Below are positions 53,535 through 63,282 of a stretch of 64,000 nt of DNA, piece after piece. Made by a program: the position numbers and the translations under genes. The number at the start of each line of letters is the position of its first letter. Positions within the stretch are counted from its first letter, which is position 1. Origin of the DNA: a virus; the IMG/VR virus record IMGVR_UViG_3300045988_159857, positions 51,791 to 115,790 of that record. The stretch is one strand, 5' to 3'. The notes under the pieces are model-generated. The model was not told the DNA's origin and did no database searches. It worked only from the letters and a program-made list of their open reading frames with translations.

Positions 53535-53544
53535 TTAATCAATC

Positions 53545-54177
53545 CTAATTTTGTATCCAAATAAACAACTGGCCTTCGACACCTGGGTCATAAGGCTTTG
53601 TTGTTCCATAATAACTTTTTCTAATTTTTGTTGTGCCCTCTTCAAGAGTTGACACCCTGCTTGTAATATTTGTTAAGTTAGTTTCTAAACTATTTTTGTA
53701 GGCGTTGTAACTACTGATTAAGTCATCGAGTTTTTTCCCTGTCTCAGCAATTAAAGAACTGTTATTTTCAGTTTTCAAATCAACTGTATCTATCTGTGTT
53801 TGAATATTGTCATTTACACCTATTAAGGTTTTAATGTTCTCTTTACTAACATCACCAATTGAAGTGTCTTCAGGTAGTTTTGTTGAAACGTTTACTTCTA
53901 AACTGTCAATTTTGGCGTCGCATACAGTATCACTAAATGGTTGAAAAAGTAGACCTAAAACAACTGGAGAACCATCATCATCGTCTTCATAAGCTACTAA
54001 AACAATATCTCCTCTTTTTAGCCGAGGAGAAAATCCAGGAGGTACACACATAACTGCCATACCTAATTCAGTATACGGAGTAGCTCCTACAGCCCCTTCT
54101 ACTTTATTTATTCGAGGAATTCGTACTTTCACATGAGTATTGTCTACTATTCCTTCCACAAAAGCTCTAGAAATCAT
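53545..54177 (-). CDS. baseplate spike/gpV-like protein
   Basis: OB-like N-domain (RGDIVLVAYEDDDDGSPVVLGLLF) followed by a coiled-coil C-terminus. Position fits a spike. Confidence 0.5.
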   Translation of the reverse strand: MISRAFVEGIVDNTHVKVRIPRINKVEGAVGATPYTELGMAVMCVPPGFSPRLKRGDIVLVAYEDDDDGSPVVLGLLFQPFSDTVCDAKIDSLEVNVSTKLPEDTSIGDVSKENIKTLIGVNDNIQTQIDTVDLKTENNSSLIAETGKKLDDLISSYNAYKNSLETNLTNITSRVSTLEEGTTKIRKSYYGTTKPYDPGVEGQLFIWIQN

Positions 54178-55407
54178 TTAATTGTCACCTGCAATTCTTA
54201 ACAGTGTTAATGTCGTAGTATAACCACTAGTATCAATGTTGTCAACTTGTTTTGTTATTATGTAAGTACCACTAGAAATATGTTTTATACCTCCTGCAAA
54301 CAGCACGTTTAATTTAACATATGTCATTAAAACTGAGGGTCGAGTTAAACCTTTTATTGTCAAAGTGGCTTCTATAGGAAATTCTGTCATCTTTGTCCAC
54401 CAACTACTTTTTGAAGGTGATAATTTATCACTGATACTCGACTTCATCATTGAAGGTGTGTAATTCGTTGAAATACTACCGTTATCGTTTATGCTATAAG
54501 TGTATTGTTCTTGTTTAACACTTTCAGCAAAATCATACAATATTGCCCAAGACTGGTCATTTGTCAAACTAAACTGTGTAACAAAGTTGTCTCCCGGATA
54601 GTTTATGTCTATTTCATATGTGTCGGTAGACTTAATAGTTTTCGTATTTTTACTTACTTCTTTAACTGAAAAGTACGTTCCTCCGACTTCGTTTTTGAAG
54701 TCGTCATGTATCGTAAGATAATATTTAGAAGACTGTATTGCAGAACCTTCTTTATTGTCCGTACTTATCATTGAATCAACAAGATAATTTATATAATCAA
54801 GTATTGTAACATTAGTTTGTGCCAATAATTGTACCTTTTTATCATTTGTTGCAATCAAGTTGTTATTTATAATGTTTGAAGCGTTACGCATTCCGGTAAA
54901 TACTTTTTTCAAACCGTATTTTGAATTTGATACAAGCTGCATTAAAACATCGCTTGGTTTAGCCGTACGGGCTCCAAAATTAAACGAAGTAGATGTTAGT
55001 CCTATTGCGTCACTTGTTGCTTGAATGTTATAAGATATCATTGCCGTATTCATATTTAACTGAGATGTGACATTTGTTATAATGGCTTTTTCAGCCTTAT
55101 ATATGTACGCCGGGGCGTTCCAGTCTCCGTATTCAAAAGTTATTACCCTATCAATAGCGGCTTTACTAAATATCTTATCAAGTAGATTAGGGTCATCACC
55201 TGTTCGAACTTGATACTGAAAATTTAAGTTGTAAGTATTAACTGTACCATTAACTTTTGTAACACTCATACCCCTCATGAAATTAGGGTATGTTACTGAA
55301 CCTGAATAGCCGTTACCTGTGTAAGACCCAAAAGTTACACCACCAATTGTTACTATAATAAAGGGACTTTGTACTAAAGTTGGTATACTTAAAAGACTTG
55401 AGGACAT
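54178..55407 (-). CDS. baseplate hub protein (gpD/XkdQ-like)
   Basis: 409 aa. Position between LysM-like and spike genes matches PBSX/P2-like tail modules. Confidence 0.45.
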   Translation of the reverse strand: MSSSLLSIPTLVQSPFIIVTIGGVTFGSYTGNGYSGSVTYPNFMRGMSVTKVNGTVNTYNLNFQYQVRTGDDPNLLDKIFSKAAIDRVITFEYGDWNAPAYIYKAEKAIITNVTSQLNMNTAMISYNIQATSDAIGLTSTSFNFGARTAKPSDVLMQLVSNSKYGLKKVFTGMRNASNIINNNLIATNDKKVQLLAQTNVTILDYINYLVDSMISTDNKEGSAIQSSKYYLTIHDDFKNEVGGTYFSVKEVSKNTKTIKSTDTYEIDINYPGDNFVTQFSLTNDQSWAILYDFAESVKQEQYTYSINDNGSISTNYTPSMMKSSISDKLSPSKSSWWTKMTEFPIEATLTIKGLTRPSVLMTYVKLNVLFAGGIKHISSGTYIITKQVDNIDTSGYTTTLTLLRIAGDN

Positions 55408-55411
55408 TTAA

Positions 55412-55756
55412 TTACACCCCCAAATCAAATTCAATACTATTAAATGTAGGAATTTTTAACTTAGTTCCAACTTTTAATTCCATATAAGGGTCTTGGATAT
55501 GATTATAATCGGCAATTATCCAATAATATAAGGGGTTTGAGTAATAGTATAAGGATAAACTATCTAAGGTGTCATTTAATACAACAGTGTGTACCACATA
55601 GGGAACATTGTCTTGTTTAAGTTGTGAAGTTATTCCGTAAATGTATTTTTCGTCTACCCTGTTAAAGTAGTACGGAAATACTGAATATCTAGACACCCTA
55701 TCGTATGTTTTATATTGCTTCTTTGAAAGAATCTCCATTACTATCCTCTTTTCCAA
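55412..55756 (-). CDS. LysM-like tail protein (gpX/XkdP-like)
   Basis: LNDTLDSLSLYYYSNPLYYWIIADYNHIQDPYMELKVGTKLKIP is a LysM-like segment. Confidence 0.5.
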   Translation of the reverse strand: MEKRIVMEILSKKQYKTYDRVSRYSVFPYYFNRVDEKYIYGITSQLKQDNVPYVVHTVVLNDTLDSLSLYYYSNPLYYWIIADYNHIQDPYMELKVGTKLKIPTFNSIEFDLGV

Positions 55757-56322
55757 ATATTTCGTTCTAATGTTTTATCAAGTCCTCTGAAGCTTCCCGC
55801 TGTTGCTACTTGTTGTGCACTGTAAGGGTCAACTTCTTCAACATTGAAAGATACAGCTATATGTGCGTATTTATTATTATCAAGTATAGGTAGGGAGTAT
55901 GTTACTGACACACTTCCACTAACAATTCCTTTTATAAATATTTCATTACCAAACCTTACTGCAACCATTGGTGGGTCTACAAGTTTTTCACTTGCTTTAT
56001 ATGCAGGTAATGCAACTGCTTGAAGTTGTTTTACTAATGTGTCAATATAATCATCACCAATTTCAAGTTTAGCGTTACTAACACCGTAATTTATCTGTGT
56101 CATCATGTCCCTATGTAAATCTAAGTTTATTTGCAAACTTCTAGGTCCTGAATCACTATATGAATATATAGGAGCAGAACGAGACATTGGTGTTGATTTA
56201 CTAAAGTTAACGGACATCGTATCAGTTAAAGATTCAGCAAATGTGGGAATTACAATGAATTGATTTATGTTATATATGTATACATAATTATCAACCATAT
56301 TAAATATTTTTTCAGTCGCCAT
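55741..56322 (-). CDS. hypothetical tail protein
   Basis: 193 aa. Overlapping junctions within the tail operon. Confidence 0.5.
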   Translation of the reverse strand: MATEKIFNMVDNYVYIYNINQFIVIPTFAESLTDTMSVNFSKSTPMSRSAPIYSYSDSGPRSLQINLDLHRDMMTQINYGVSNAKLEIGDDYIDTLVKQLQAVALPAYKASEKLVDPPMVAVRFGNEIFIKGIVSGSVSVTYSLPILDNNKYAHIAVSFNVEEVDPYSAQQVATAGSFRGLDKTLERNIWKRG

Positions 56323-57796
56323 AGTAAGGACTCAACCCTCTTTCTGCTTGTGTTTGTATTAACATTTCACCCCTATTTACGGCACTTTCTATATCGAGGT
56401 CTACAAATCCAAAGATATCTTTTTTGTTAATCCAAGGTTTGTTAGGTAAGTTCATATATGTCGTATATAAGGCGAAACGTAGTCCTTTGTCCCAGATACC
56501 GGGATAAAAATTTTTAAGATTCGGATTATACCCTATTTTTGTTTCTATATTTGCTACATTGTCATCAATATATTCCCTATCGTCTATCGTATACCTTAAT
56601 AAATATTCAATCAACTTATCACTAAAAGGTACTTGTGTATTTGTATTTGAGCTTAATAAACTTAACTCGCTCCTAAAGATAGAAGACAGTCTAGGCTCTC
56701 CTAAATTTTCAATATTTTGTGCTGAAGCTGTATAAGTTCCAGTGTTTAAGGTGTATTCACCCTCTAAAACTACTATTGATGAAGTGTTTGATTTAGGAAG
56801 TTGTATCGCCAAGTATAAATACTTTTCAAAATTACTTAAATTAACACAATACTTTGTAGCTTTTTCAATGGCGTTTAATTCCTCAACACTACTTGCATTG
56901 TACCCTATGTTAACAATCTCCGAGGGGTCATTTTTTATCTTAAATGTTTGAGGATTTATAAACTGTAATGAATTATATTTTGTAAATAAATAGGACAGCT
57001 TATCTGTCATACTCTCGTTGTTAGAATCTTTTATTAAATTTTTCCCGTCGTAAAAAACAGGACAAACACTTACGGAAAATGGACAATCTATTGCTATTGT
57101 ATATGTTTTATTAAATTTAATTGGTATTAAAATAACCTTTGTTTTTGGGTTAGCATAGTCATTAACCTTACCGTCTGATAAACTGATGTTTTCAGCTATT
57201 GTATAGTCAAAACAGTTATAAAGTCCCATTAAATCTACACCTTTAATATCCCTCAAACACCTTAAATATTCACCTAAAGTTCTATGTGTTTTTGAATCAT
57301 AATAATTAACATTTGAAACAAATTGTTTAGTAACATTAGGCACATAAGCACCAAAATTATATCGTGAAACTATTTCAAAGTCCGCTGTAGGTAGATAACT
57401 AAGTCTAACAAAATCGTCAGTAACTGTTAGGCCTCCTTCGTATTTTGAATTTGTTTCAAAATCATCAGGTGTCGGGTAAGGCCCTTCGTCTTTATAGTAT
57501 ACCCATTCATATTCTTTTTTCGTTGTGTTATAACGTAAATGTTTCATTATCTGATTGTTATCCGTAACAGTTATATCATCACTTACGTATAAATAATCTG
57601 ATTTAATATTTGTTGATTTAATACCGTTAAATCTACCTGATTGAGTACATTTTAGTATATCGTGTTTGTAAATATAGGTAGCCCCAGCTATCAAATAATC
57701 ATCTGTGTTTATAACTGGGTAAGTTGGAATAGGGTTACACGATAGTAAATATTTAATATATGAAGAAATAATTGTTGATTCAAAAAACTTTTGCAT
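56312..57796 (-). CDS. hypothetical tail protein
   Basis: 494 aa. Immediately after the tape measure gene. Confidence 0.5.
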   Translation of the reverse strand: MQKFFESTIISSYIKYLLSCNPIPTYPVINTDDYLIAGATYIYKHDILKCTQSGRFNGIKSTNIKSDYLYVSDDITVTDNNQIMKHLRYNTTKKEYEWVYYKDEGPYPTPDDFETNSKYEGGLTVTDDFVRLSYLPTADFEIVSRYNFGAYVPNVTKQFVSNVNYYDSKTHRTLGEYLRCLRDIKGVDLMGLYNCFDYTIAENISLSDGKVNDYANPKTKVILIPIKFNKTYTIAIDCPFSVSVCPVFYDGKNLIKDSNNESMTDKLSYLFTKYNSLQFINPQTFKIKNDPSEIVNIGYNASSVEELNAIEKATKYCVNLSNFEKYLYLAIQLPKSNTSSIVVLEGEYTLNTGTYTASAQNIENLGEPRLSSIFRSELSLLSSNTNTQVPFSDKLIEYLLRYTIDDREYIDDNVANIETKIGYNPNLKNFYPGIWDKGLRFALYTTYMNLPNKPWINKKDIFGFVDLDIESAVNRGEMLIQTQAERGLSPYYGD

Positions 57797-57811
57797 TTAT
57801 CTTAATACCTC

Positions 57812-60511
57812 TTATCTACGAATATTTACACTTGCGGAAGGACTAATTGAGGCTACATTTACATCAAAGGTGTTTCCAAAATCATTTTTTGCTTTGAAAA
57901 CAATTTCTCCACTCTTAAGCAAATTAAGCACTTCTTGTAACGAAACATTACCTTCACCATTATTTTCAGATAATGCTTTTACAAAGGCTGTTTTCAAACT
58001 ATTTTCATCTATTCTAACTGTTTGTACTTGACTTTTAGCGCTTGCTTGTGCCTGTGTGGCTTGTTGTATCGCCAATAAAGTTGCCACAACATCGTTCAAA
58101 CCGCTATCAGTTACTCTGATTGCTGTTCCTGTACTATATCGGTCTAACGAGTTATCTGAGACATTTAACCTTTTGTCGTAAAAAGAAGTTGTACCGAAAA
58201 CTGTTTGAATTTGTGTTGAAACAGTTTCGTCAAAAGCTCTTATCCATTGATTTCCTTCATCATATGCTTGACTAAGATAAGCTTCTTTTACAACAACATG
58301 AGAGTCATCTTCAACTACCGCATTGTAGAAATCCGCAAATGTTTTTTCTTTTCTTGTCTCTCCTATAATCTTTTCAGTTTCTTGTGCTTCTTCAGTAGCC
58401 GAAGTTATAGATGATTTTTTAATATCTCTTGTACTTCCTGTAGCTACGTATGTACTAGAAGATGTTCCACCTAAAGTTGTCGATAGTCCATTACCACCTA
58501 AACTACCTCTTGTAACAACGTCGTTACCTCCCCAAGCGGCTAAATCTAACCCACCATCAGCACCTAAGCTACCTAAAACAGAGCTTATTAAACCAATTGA
58601 ACCTGTTAAACCAATTCCAGACTTCATTATATTGTTTACTGTAGTATTAAGGTCAAAACCCCAAACCGCTGGAATGTTCATTTCGATACCCAATGCGTCT
58701 AAGGTATCTAAGGCTTTCATCATAGCATATAAAGCAGGACTATTATATATTTCAGTCCCAAGTCCAAATTTAGCATTTGATGTTATGTTTGACAATTTTT
58801 CTGAAAGTGGTATTCTTTCATTAAGTGCTGAAAACTGATTTTGTAACTCACTCAACATTCCATCATAACTTAAAGTATTTGCCGATATTGTTGAAATGTC
58901 AGAAGAGCTTAAATTCTGTACTGCAGTAAAATCCGAAGCTGATAAGTTAAATATGTCACCATAGGCTCCCCTTACAACTAAGTTTGGACTTTGTTCGGAT
59001 ATTTCCTTTAAGTAACCAACCATTGATTCCAATAATTTATTGGTATTACTTGCGTTTAGTCCTCCTAAAAGTAAGTCGGAATATGATAAGTTAGCTCTAG
59101 AAGCAGACATTGCTAACAATGTTTGTAATGAATTGTTACTTGCAAGTGCCTGCACATCTCCAGTGCCTAAGTAATTCAAACCTTGTGCTATACCTTGTAT
59201 GGCGGTAGAAGACATACCTACTGAACTTAATGAACCTAACCATTTTTGTACAACATATTCAAATTGTGCTGAATCGCTCCTGTTTAATTGCGAGCTTGCG
59301 TCTAATATAGCTCCTGATACGGAATCATATAATTCAGACAGGTATGAGGTATCTTCGAATAATTTGTTAAATGTACTTGTTAAACTTGCCTCCATACCTA
59401 ACCTTGCGGCGGTAGAGTCGGCTTGTTGTAGTCGTATTAACCTTGTAAGATTACTATCGAACGCGTCAAATGTAGAAGCAATCTTATCCGAAATACTTTC
59501 TAAAAAGGCTCTTTGCTCAATATTATAAGCAATACCTTGGTCAGAAGCTTTTTTAACCGCACTTAAAACTTCGGTAGTTTTAACCCAGGGAGAAGTAGAA
59601 GTGTTAGCAACGGTTAAATCAAGAATATCAGAAAAGGTTTTACCACTACCTTGTAAACGAGAACTTATTGGAGCATTGTATTCGGTCATTAAGTTCTCTA
59701 CTTGATGGAATACATTTGAAACCCCTTGTCCTAAATTATTTATTGTCTGTCCTAATTTATCGAAAAGGTTAACCATTTGGTCAGCTTTGAAAGATTCTTC
59801 CTTTGCTGTCGAAATGTCTTGTTTTGCTTTTTTTAACTGTGCTTCACTAGCTCCGGCTTCTTTTAAGTCAACATATTTTTGTACAGCGTTGTCTAAATCA
59901 TTCTGTCGAGCTTTAGCTATAGCTTTTAGTTTTTCACTTCTTTTACCTAATGCGTTCGCATAACTTTTTTCATAGGCAAGTTCTTTTTCATTTGCAATTT
60001 TACGGGCTTGAGATTCAACTTTAACTGAATCTCGTAAATCTTTTTGTCTCTGTTTGTTTAATTGTTTATACTGTTTCGTCCGTTTATCCATACCGGACGT
60101 TTCTCTTGCGAAGGTTTCCTCAATTTCTTCTCTATGAGTTTTTTCAGCGTCAGCATAAGTTTTAGAAGCTTTTATAGCATACTCACTCATTGACTTATCG
60201 ACAAGGTTCTTATATGTTTCGGTAGCTGCCCTGTAAGCTTTTTCTTGAATATTTTTTATTTTCTGTGCATACTCATTTTCAAGCTTTTGTCTTTTTTCCA
60301 AATTGTTTTTACAATTTTTTATTTCTTCTTTAAGTCTTTCTAAGTCTGACTTTTTAGACAGTTCCGTAAGATAGAATTGAAAGTCTTTGTTAAGAGCTTT
60401 TCTTTTACCTAATTGTTTTTCTAATTCTCTTAATGAGGCGAACTGTGAGTTAGAGCTTGTCGTTTTATTAAGTTCACTACGTTCTATTTCCCCGATATTA
60501 AAATCAGCCAC
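57812..60511 (-). CDS. tail tape measure protein
   Basis: 899 aa. K/E/Q-rich coiled-coil N-terminal third and Gly/Ser-rich segments. GTG start behind AGAGGTGAG. Position between chaperone and baseplate genes. Confidence 0.8.
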   Translation of the reverse strand: MADFNIGEIERSELNKTTSSNSQFASLRELEKQLGKRKALNKDFQFYLTELSKKSDLERLKEEIKNCKNNLEKRQKLENEYAQKIKNIQEKAYRAATETYKNLVDKSMSEYAIKASKTYADAEKTHREEIEETFARETSGMDKRTKQYKQLNKQRQKDLRDSVKVESQARKIANEKELAYEKSYANALGKRSEKLKAIAKARQNDLDNAVQKYVDLKEAGASEAQLKKAKQDISTAKEESFKADQMVNLFDKLGQTINNLGQGVSNVFHQVENLMTEYNAPISSRLQGSGKTFSDILDLTVANTSTSPWVKTTEVLSAVKKASDQGIAYNIEQRAFLESISDKIASTFDAFDSNLTRLIRLQQADSTAARLGMEASLTSTFNKLFEDTSYLSELYDSVSGAILDASSQLNRSDSAQFEYVVQKWLGSLSSVGMSSTAIQGIAQGLNYLGTGDVQALASNNSLQTLLAMSASRANLSYSDLLLGGLNASNTNKLLESMVGYLKEISEQSPNLVVRGAYGDIFNLSASDFTAVQNLSSSDISTISANTLSYDGMLSELQNQFSALNERIPLSEKLSNITSNAKFGLGTEIYNSPALYAMMKALDTLDALGIEMNIPAVWGFDLNTTVNNIMKSGIGLTGSIGLISSVLGSLGADGGLDLAAWGGNDVVTRGSLGGNGLSTTLGGTSSSTYVATGSTRDIKKSSITSATEEAQETEKIIGETRKEKTFADFYNAVVEDDSHVVVKEAYLSQAYDEGNQWIRAFDETVSTQIQTVFGTTSFYDKRLNVSDNSLDRYSTGTAIRVTDSGLNDVVATLLAIQQATQAQASAKSQVQTVRIDENSLKTAFVKALSENNGEGNVSLQEVLNLLKSGEIVFKAKNDFGNTFDVNVASISPSASVNIRR

Positions 60512-60516
60512 TTAAC

Positions 60517-60774
60517 TCACCTCTTTCTATTTTGTTGTGCTTCTTTTATCAATCTATTATTTCGCTCTATGTCTTCTGCTATAAACTTTAAGAGATAATC
60601 TCTTTCTAATGGGGTTATTTCTCCTACGTCATTATATGACGTATGAGTATGCTTGGTTATTTGGTATCTTTCCTCAATTATTTGTTTAAGACGTATTGGG
60701 GCATACGGAGCTCCAGTATTAGTAACTTGAGGGTCTAAAAAATTCCCTTGTGTAGCGAAAGGAGCCTGTATAAT
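60517..60774 (-). other. +1-frame extension ORF of the tail assembly chaperone (no start codon; programmed frameshift candidate)
   Basis: 85 sense codons are open in the +1 frame, from TAG 60777..60775 to TGA 60519..60517. No ATG, GTG or TTG occurs near its 5' end. A T6 run at 60742..60737 lies inside the overlap with ORF 60719..61474. Confidence 0.5.
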
Positions 60775-61474
60775 CTAACCCACATACCGAACACTCTCTT
60801 TTAATACTTGTTTGAATACCAAAACTGTCTAATAACTGCTGTGCTTTATTTGTTATAAAGTTTGTATCCATCATAGGAAGATTTCTAACAAAACGTTCTT
60901 TATTTAGTTGGTCTAAATATTCTCCGTCTACAGTGTCTATCATATACTCCAAAGTAAATAAAAATGCAGTATCCCCTTGTGTTCCTTTTGACTTTTTATC
61001 TAATTCTTTACTTTGAATAGATATTTGGTCAATCATCCTCGGGGTCTGCATTTTGAGTTTAATTCGTTTATTTGTTTTTGGTAGTAAAAACTCCTGTAAA
61101 TCTCCGAGATTTTCTGAATCTAACAACGTTACTTCTAATTCATCTAAATCTAAAGTTGTTTCCTCTTTTGTTCCACAATACGGACAAATAAACTGTAGAT
61201 TATAGTTTTTTCCATATGTGACAACTCTTAATTTTTGTAAGAGGAACTGATAATCAGCTAAACACATATCGTATGACGATATTCCAGGATTTTCTACTAA
61301 ACATTCATCAATTATCTCACACATTGTTTTGTAAGGTCTTTCTCCGGGAGATAATCTTTTCATCTCTTGATTGGTTGTCATTGACTTTAACTTAACAACC
61401 GGTGTTACGTTCTCAGAATATACCTTACCTAAAGACGGTAATGTAAATTCTTCAGCTATTGCAAAATCTGCCAT
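60719..61474 (-). CDS. putative tail assembly chaperone (Zn-ribbon containing)
   Basis: Lies directly upstream of the tape measure gene. Contains CPYCG...CSVCG. RBS AAAGGAG. Confidence 0.5.
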   Translation of the reverse strand: MADFAIAEEFTLPSLGKVYSENVTPVVKLKSMTTNQEMKRLSPGERPYKTMCEIIDECLVENPGISSYDMCLADYQFLLQKLRVVTYGKNYNLQFICPYCGTKEETTLDLDELEVTLLDSENLGDLQEFLLPKTNKRIKLKMQTPRMIDQISIQSKELDKKSKGTQGDTAFLFTLEYMIDTVDGEYLDQLNKERFVRNLPMMDTNFITNKAQQLLDSFGIQTSIKRECSVCGLDYTGSFRYTREFFRPSSY

Positions 61475-61548
61475 AATTGACTCCTTTGTAAAGTTATTTC
61501 ATGTTATATATTTTTATACATTGAAATAACCTTAAAAGTCAATTATTA

Positions 61549-62361
61549 TTAAGATAAGTAACCAACATCGTCGTCAGGATTTTCTGTTTTCAAAAGGGTT
61601 TGTTGAGGGTCATCTTTACTTGCAAAGCGTACTCCTTGTGTATTACCAGTTTTAAATCTTGTCGACTGTTGTTTTTCAACATTCGCTTTATCAATTACAT
61701 CTGTACTTGTGTCTAATTTATCACTATCGTCAAAAGATAATTGTACAGGCTCTTCATAAGGTTTTCCATAAATTGCCGGATATATTATATCAGCATACAT
61801 CTTTTGATAATGTTTTTTCATATAATCAATATAGTTAATGATTACACGAGCTACTCTTAATACCCACGAAGTGTTATTTAATACTAGAAGTATGTGTTTA
61901 CAACCACTACCTAACGTATCGTAAGGGTTAGTTATGTCAGACGGTCGAGTTTCACTACCATTACTATTAACCTTATTTACTGTTTGGAAGAACTTATATC
62001 TATAATGGTTGTCAGGACACGAGCAATCAATTAAAACATCGTCACGATTAAATCCAGTAATAGCCGCTCGTGAAACTTCTCTGAAGGTACATTGTCCCGT
62101 ACGTTTTACTTCGTCCCTGAGTATTTCAAGAAATCCTCCAAAGGTTATATTTACAATATAATCATTTGTCTCTCCCTTAACAGGAATATTAACAGATAGT
62201 ATATCATTTTTGAAAAGTTTATTCATATCTATACTATTAAAAGCTCTAACAGTGTTACCGACCTTTGAACGGTTTCGTTTGTTAAATCTTTCTTTTCCTT
62301 TTTTAGAGGATTTTGATTTATTTATTAACTTTTGTCTAGTATCTTCGTTCAGAACAATCAT
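61549..62361 (-). CDS. SWIM zinc-finger protein
   Basis: CSCPDNHYRYKFF...GSGCKHILLVL gives the CxC...CxH SWIM signature. RBS GGGAGGAAG. Confidence 0.6.
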   Translation of the reverse strand: MIVLNEDTRQKLINKSKSSKKGKERFNKRNRSKVGNTVRAFNSIDMNKLFKNDILSVNIPVKGETNDYIVNITFGGFLEILRDEVKRTGQCTFREVSRAAITGFNRDDVLIDCSCPDNHYRYKFFQTVNKVNSNGSETRPSDITNPYDTLGSGCKHILLVLNNTSWVLRVARVIINYIDYMKKHYQKMYADIIYPAIYGKPYEEPVQLSFDDSDKLDTSTDVIDKANVEKQQSTRFKTGNTQGVRFASKDDPQQTLLKTENPDDDVGYLS

Positions 62362-62383
62362 TAACTTCCTCCCTAGAAAAGAA

Positions 62384-62408
62384 ATACCGAGGACTTTGTC
62401 CTCGGTAT
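62384..62408 (-). terminator. rho-independent terminator
   Basis: Stem ATACCGAGGAC/GTCCTCGGTAT with a 3-nt loop, followed by TTCTTTTCT. Confidence 0.75.
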
Positions 62409-62504
62409 TTTATACAATAAATTTAAAGAGTGGAGAATACTTTTGTAAATGTTGTCATTTCATATCGTTGAAAATAACCCCTTATTAAAAAATTTGTGTA
62501 TAAA

Positions 62505-62530
62505 AATAAGAGGTTTTTACACCTCTTATT
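62505..62530 (-). terminator. rho-independent terminator after tube gene
   Basis: Stem AATAAGAGGT/ACCTCTTATT, followed by TTTAT. Confidence 0.65.
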
Positions 62531-62560
62531 TTATCTGTTTAATTATCAATAATCAACTAA
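62528..62560 (-). promoter_or_regulatory. sigma-A-like promoter with extended -35 TTAGTTGA, -10 overlapping terminator stem
   Basis: TTAGTTGATT, 17 nt spacer, TAAAAT. Confidence 0.5.
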
Positions 62561-62561
62561 A

Positions 62562-63164
62562 TTAAAGAACACTTGTTAAATCAATTTGTGCTCTGTCATA
62601 TTGAATTGTTGCATTTATCATATGTTTATCGCCATTGTCATTAGTATAACCGTCTTCACCAATGGACGATATCCAACAACCGTAAAGTTTCCAAGTACGA
62701 ACAGGCTCATAGTAGTCCGGGGGATATTCAATAAGATATGCAAGACGTTTATAATTTGTCCGCTGTAAACTTGCAACTTTCTCAGTATTAACATCATACG
62801 AAAGGTTTTGCCAAGCCATCAAGATATCTTTTGTTTGTGCACCAATAAAGTCGTGGAACTGGAACGAACCAGCCTCGAAATTAGGAACACCTGCGTAACG
62901 TAATGTGCTATTACCTCTTTTAATTTCAATTGGTTCCTGTGAAAAATGAGGTACCGCAGCTGAACTAACTGACAATCTTAATAATTCGGAAGCATTCTTA
63001 ATTTCAGCATTAGATTCAGTTCCAATCGCTCCAGCACGGATTAGTGGGTCTCCCGAAGGTCCTCCTAAAAGTGGTACCGAAAAGACGTAGTTATTATTTC
63101 TCTGAATTTCAAATAACTGTGGGTTATCTGAAAGATGATATGTACCTATCTGTTCAATAGCCAT
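62562..63164 (-). CDS. tail tube protein
   Basis: 200 aa. Lies directly downstream of the sheath gene. RBS AAAGGAGA. Confidence 0.6.
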   Translation of the reverse strand: MAIEQIGTYHLSDNPQLFEIQRNNNYVFSVPLLGGPSGDPLIRAGAIGTESNAEIKNASELLRLSVSSAAVPHFSQEPIEIKRGNSTLRYAGVPNFEAGSFQFHDFIGAQTKDILMAWQNLSYDVNTEKVASLQRTNYKRLAYLIEYPPDYYEPVRTWKLYGCWISSIGEDGYTNDNGDKHMINATIQYDRAQIDLTSVL

Positions 63165-63228
63165 GTCATAAGTCTCCTTTTATCATTTATATATAACGGT
63201 TAAAATACTTATATTGTTTATTTTAAAA

Positions 63229-63267
63229 GTTAGTCCTAAGTCATATTAACAAATACTTAGGACTAAC
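63229..63267 (-). terminator. hairpin terminator/attenuator between sheath and tube genes
   Basis: 13-bp stem GTTAGTCCTAAGT/ACTTAGGACTAAC, followed by TTTT. Confidence 0.65.
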
Positions 63268-63282
63268 ATTACAGTTTAGTTT

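Noticed and set aside
60734-60745. Canonical -1 frameshift on the T6 run of the chaperone gene.
   Set aside because: The -1 frame reads TAG immediately (ATT TTT TAG). Only the +1 (equivalently -2) frame is open to the tape measure gene.
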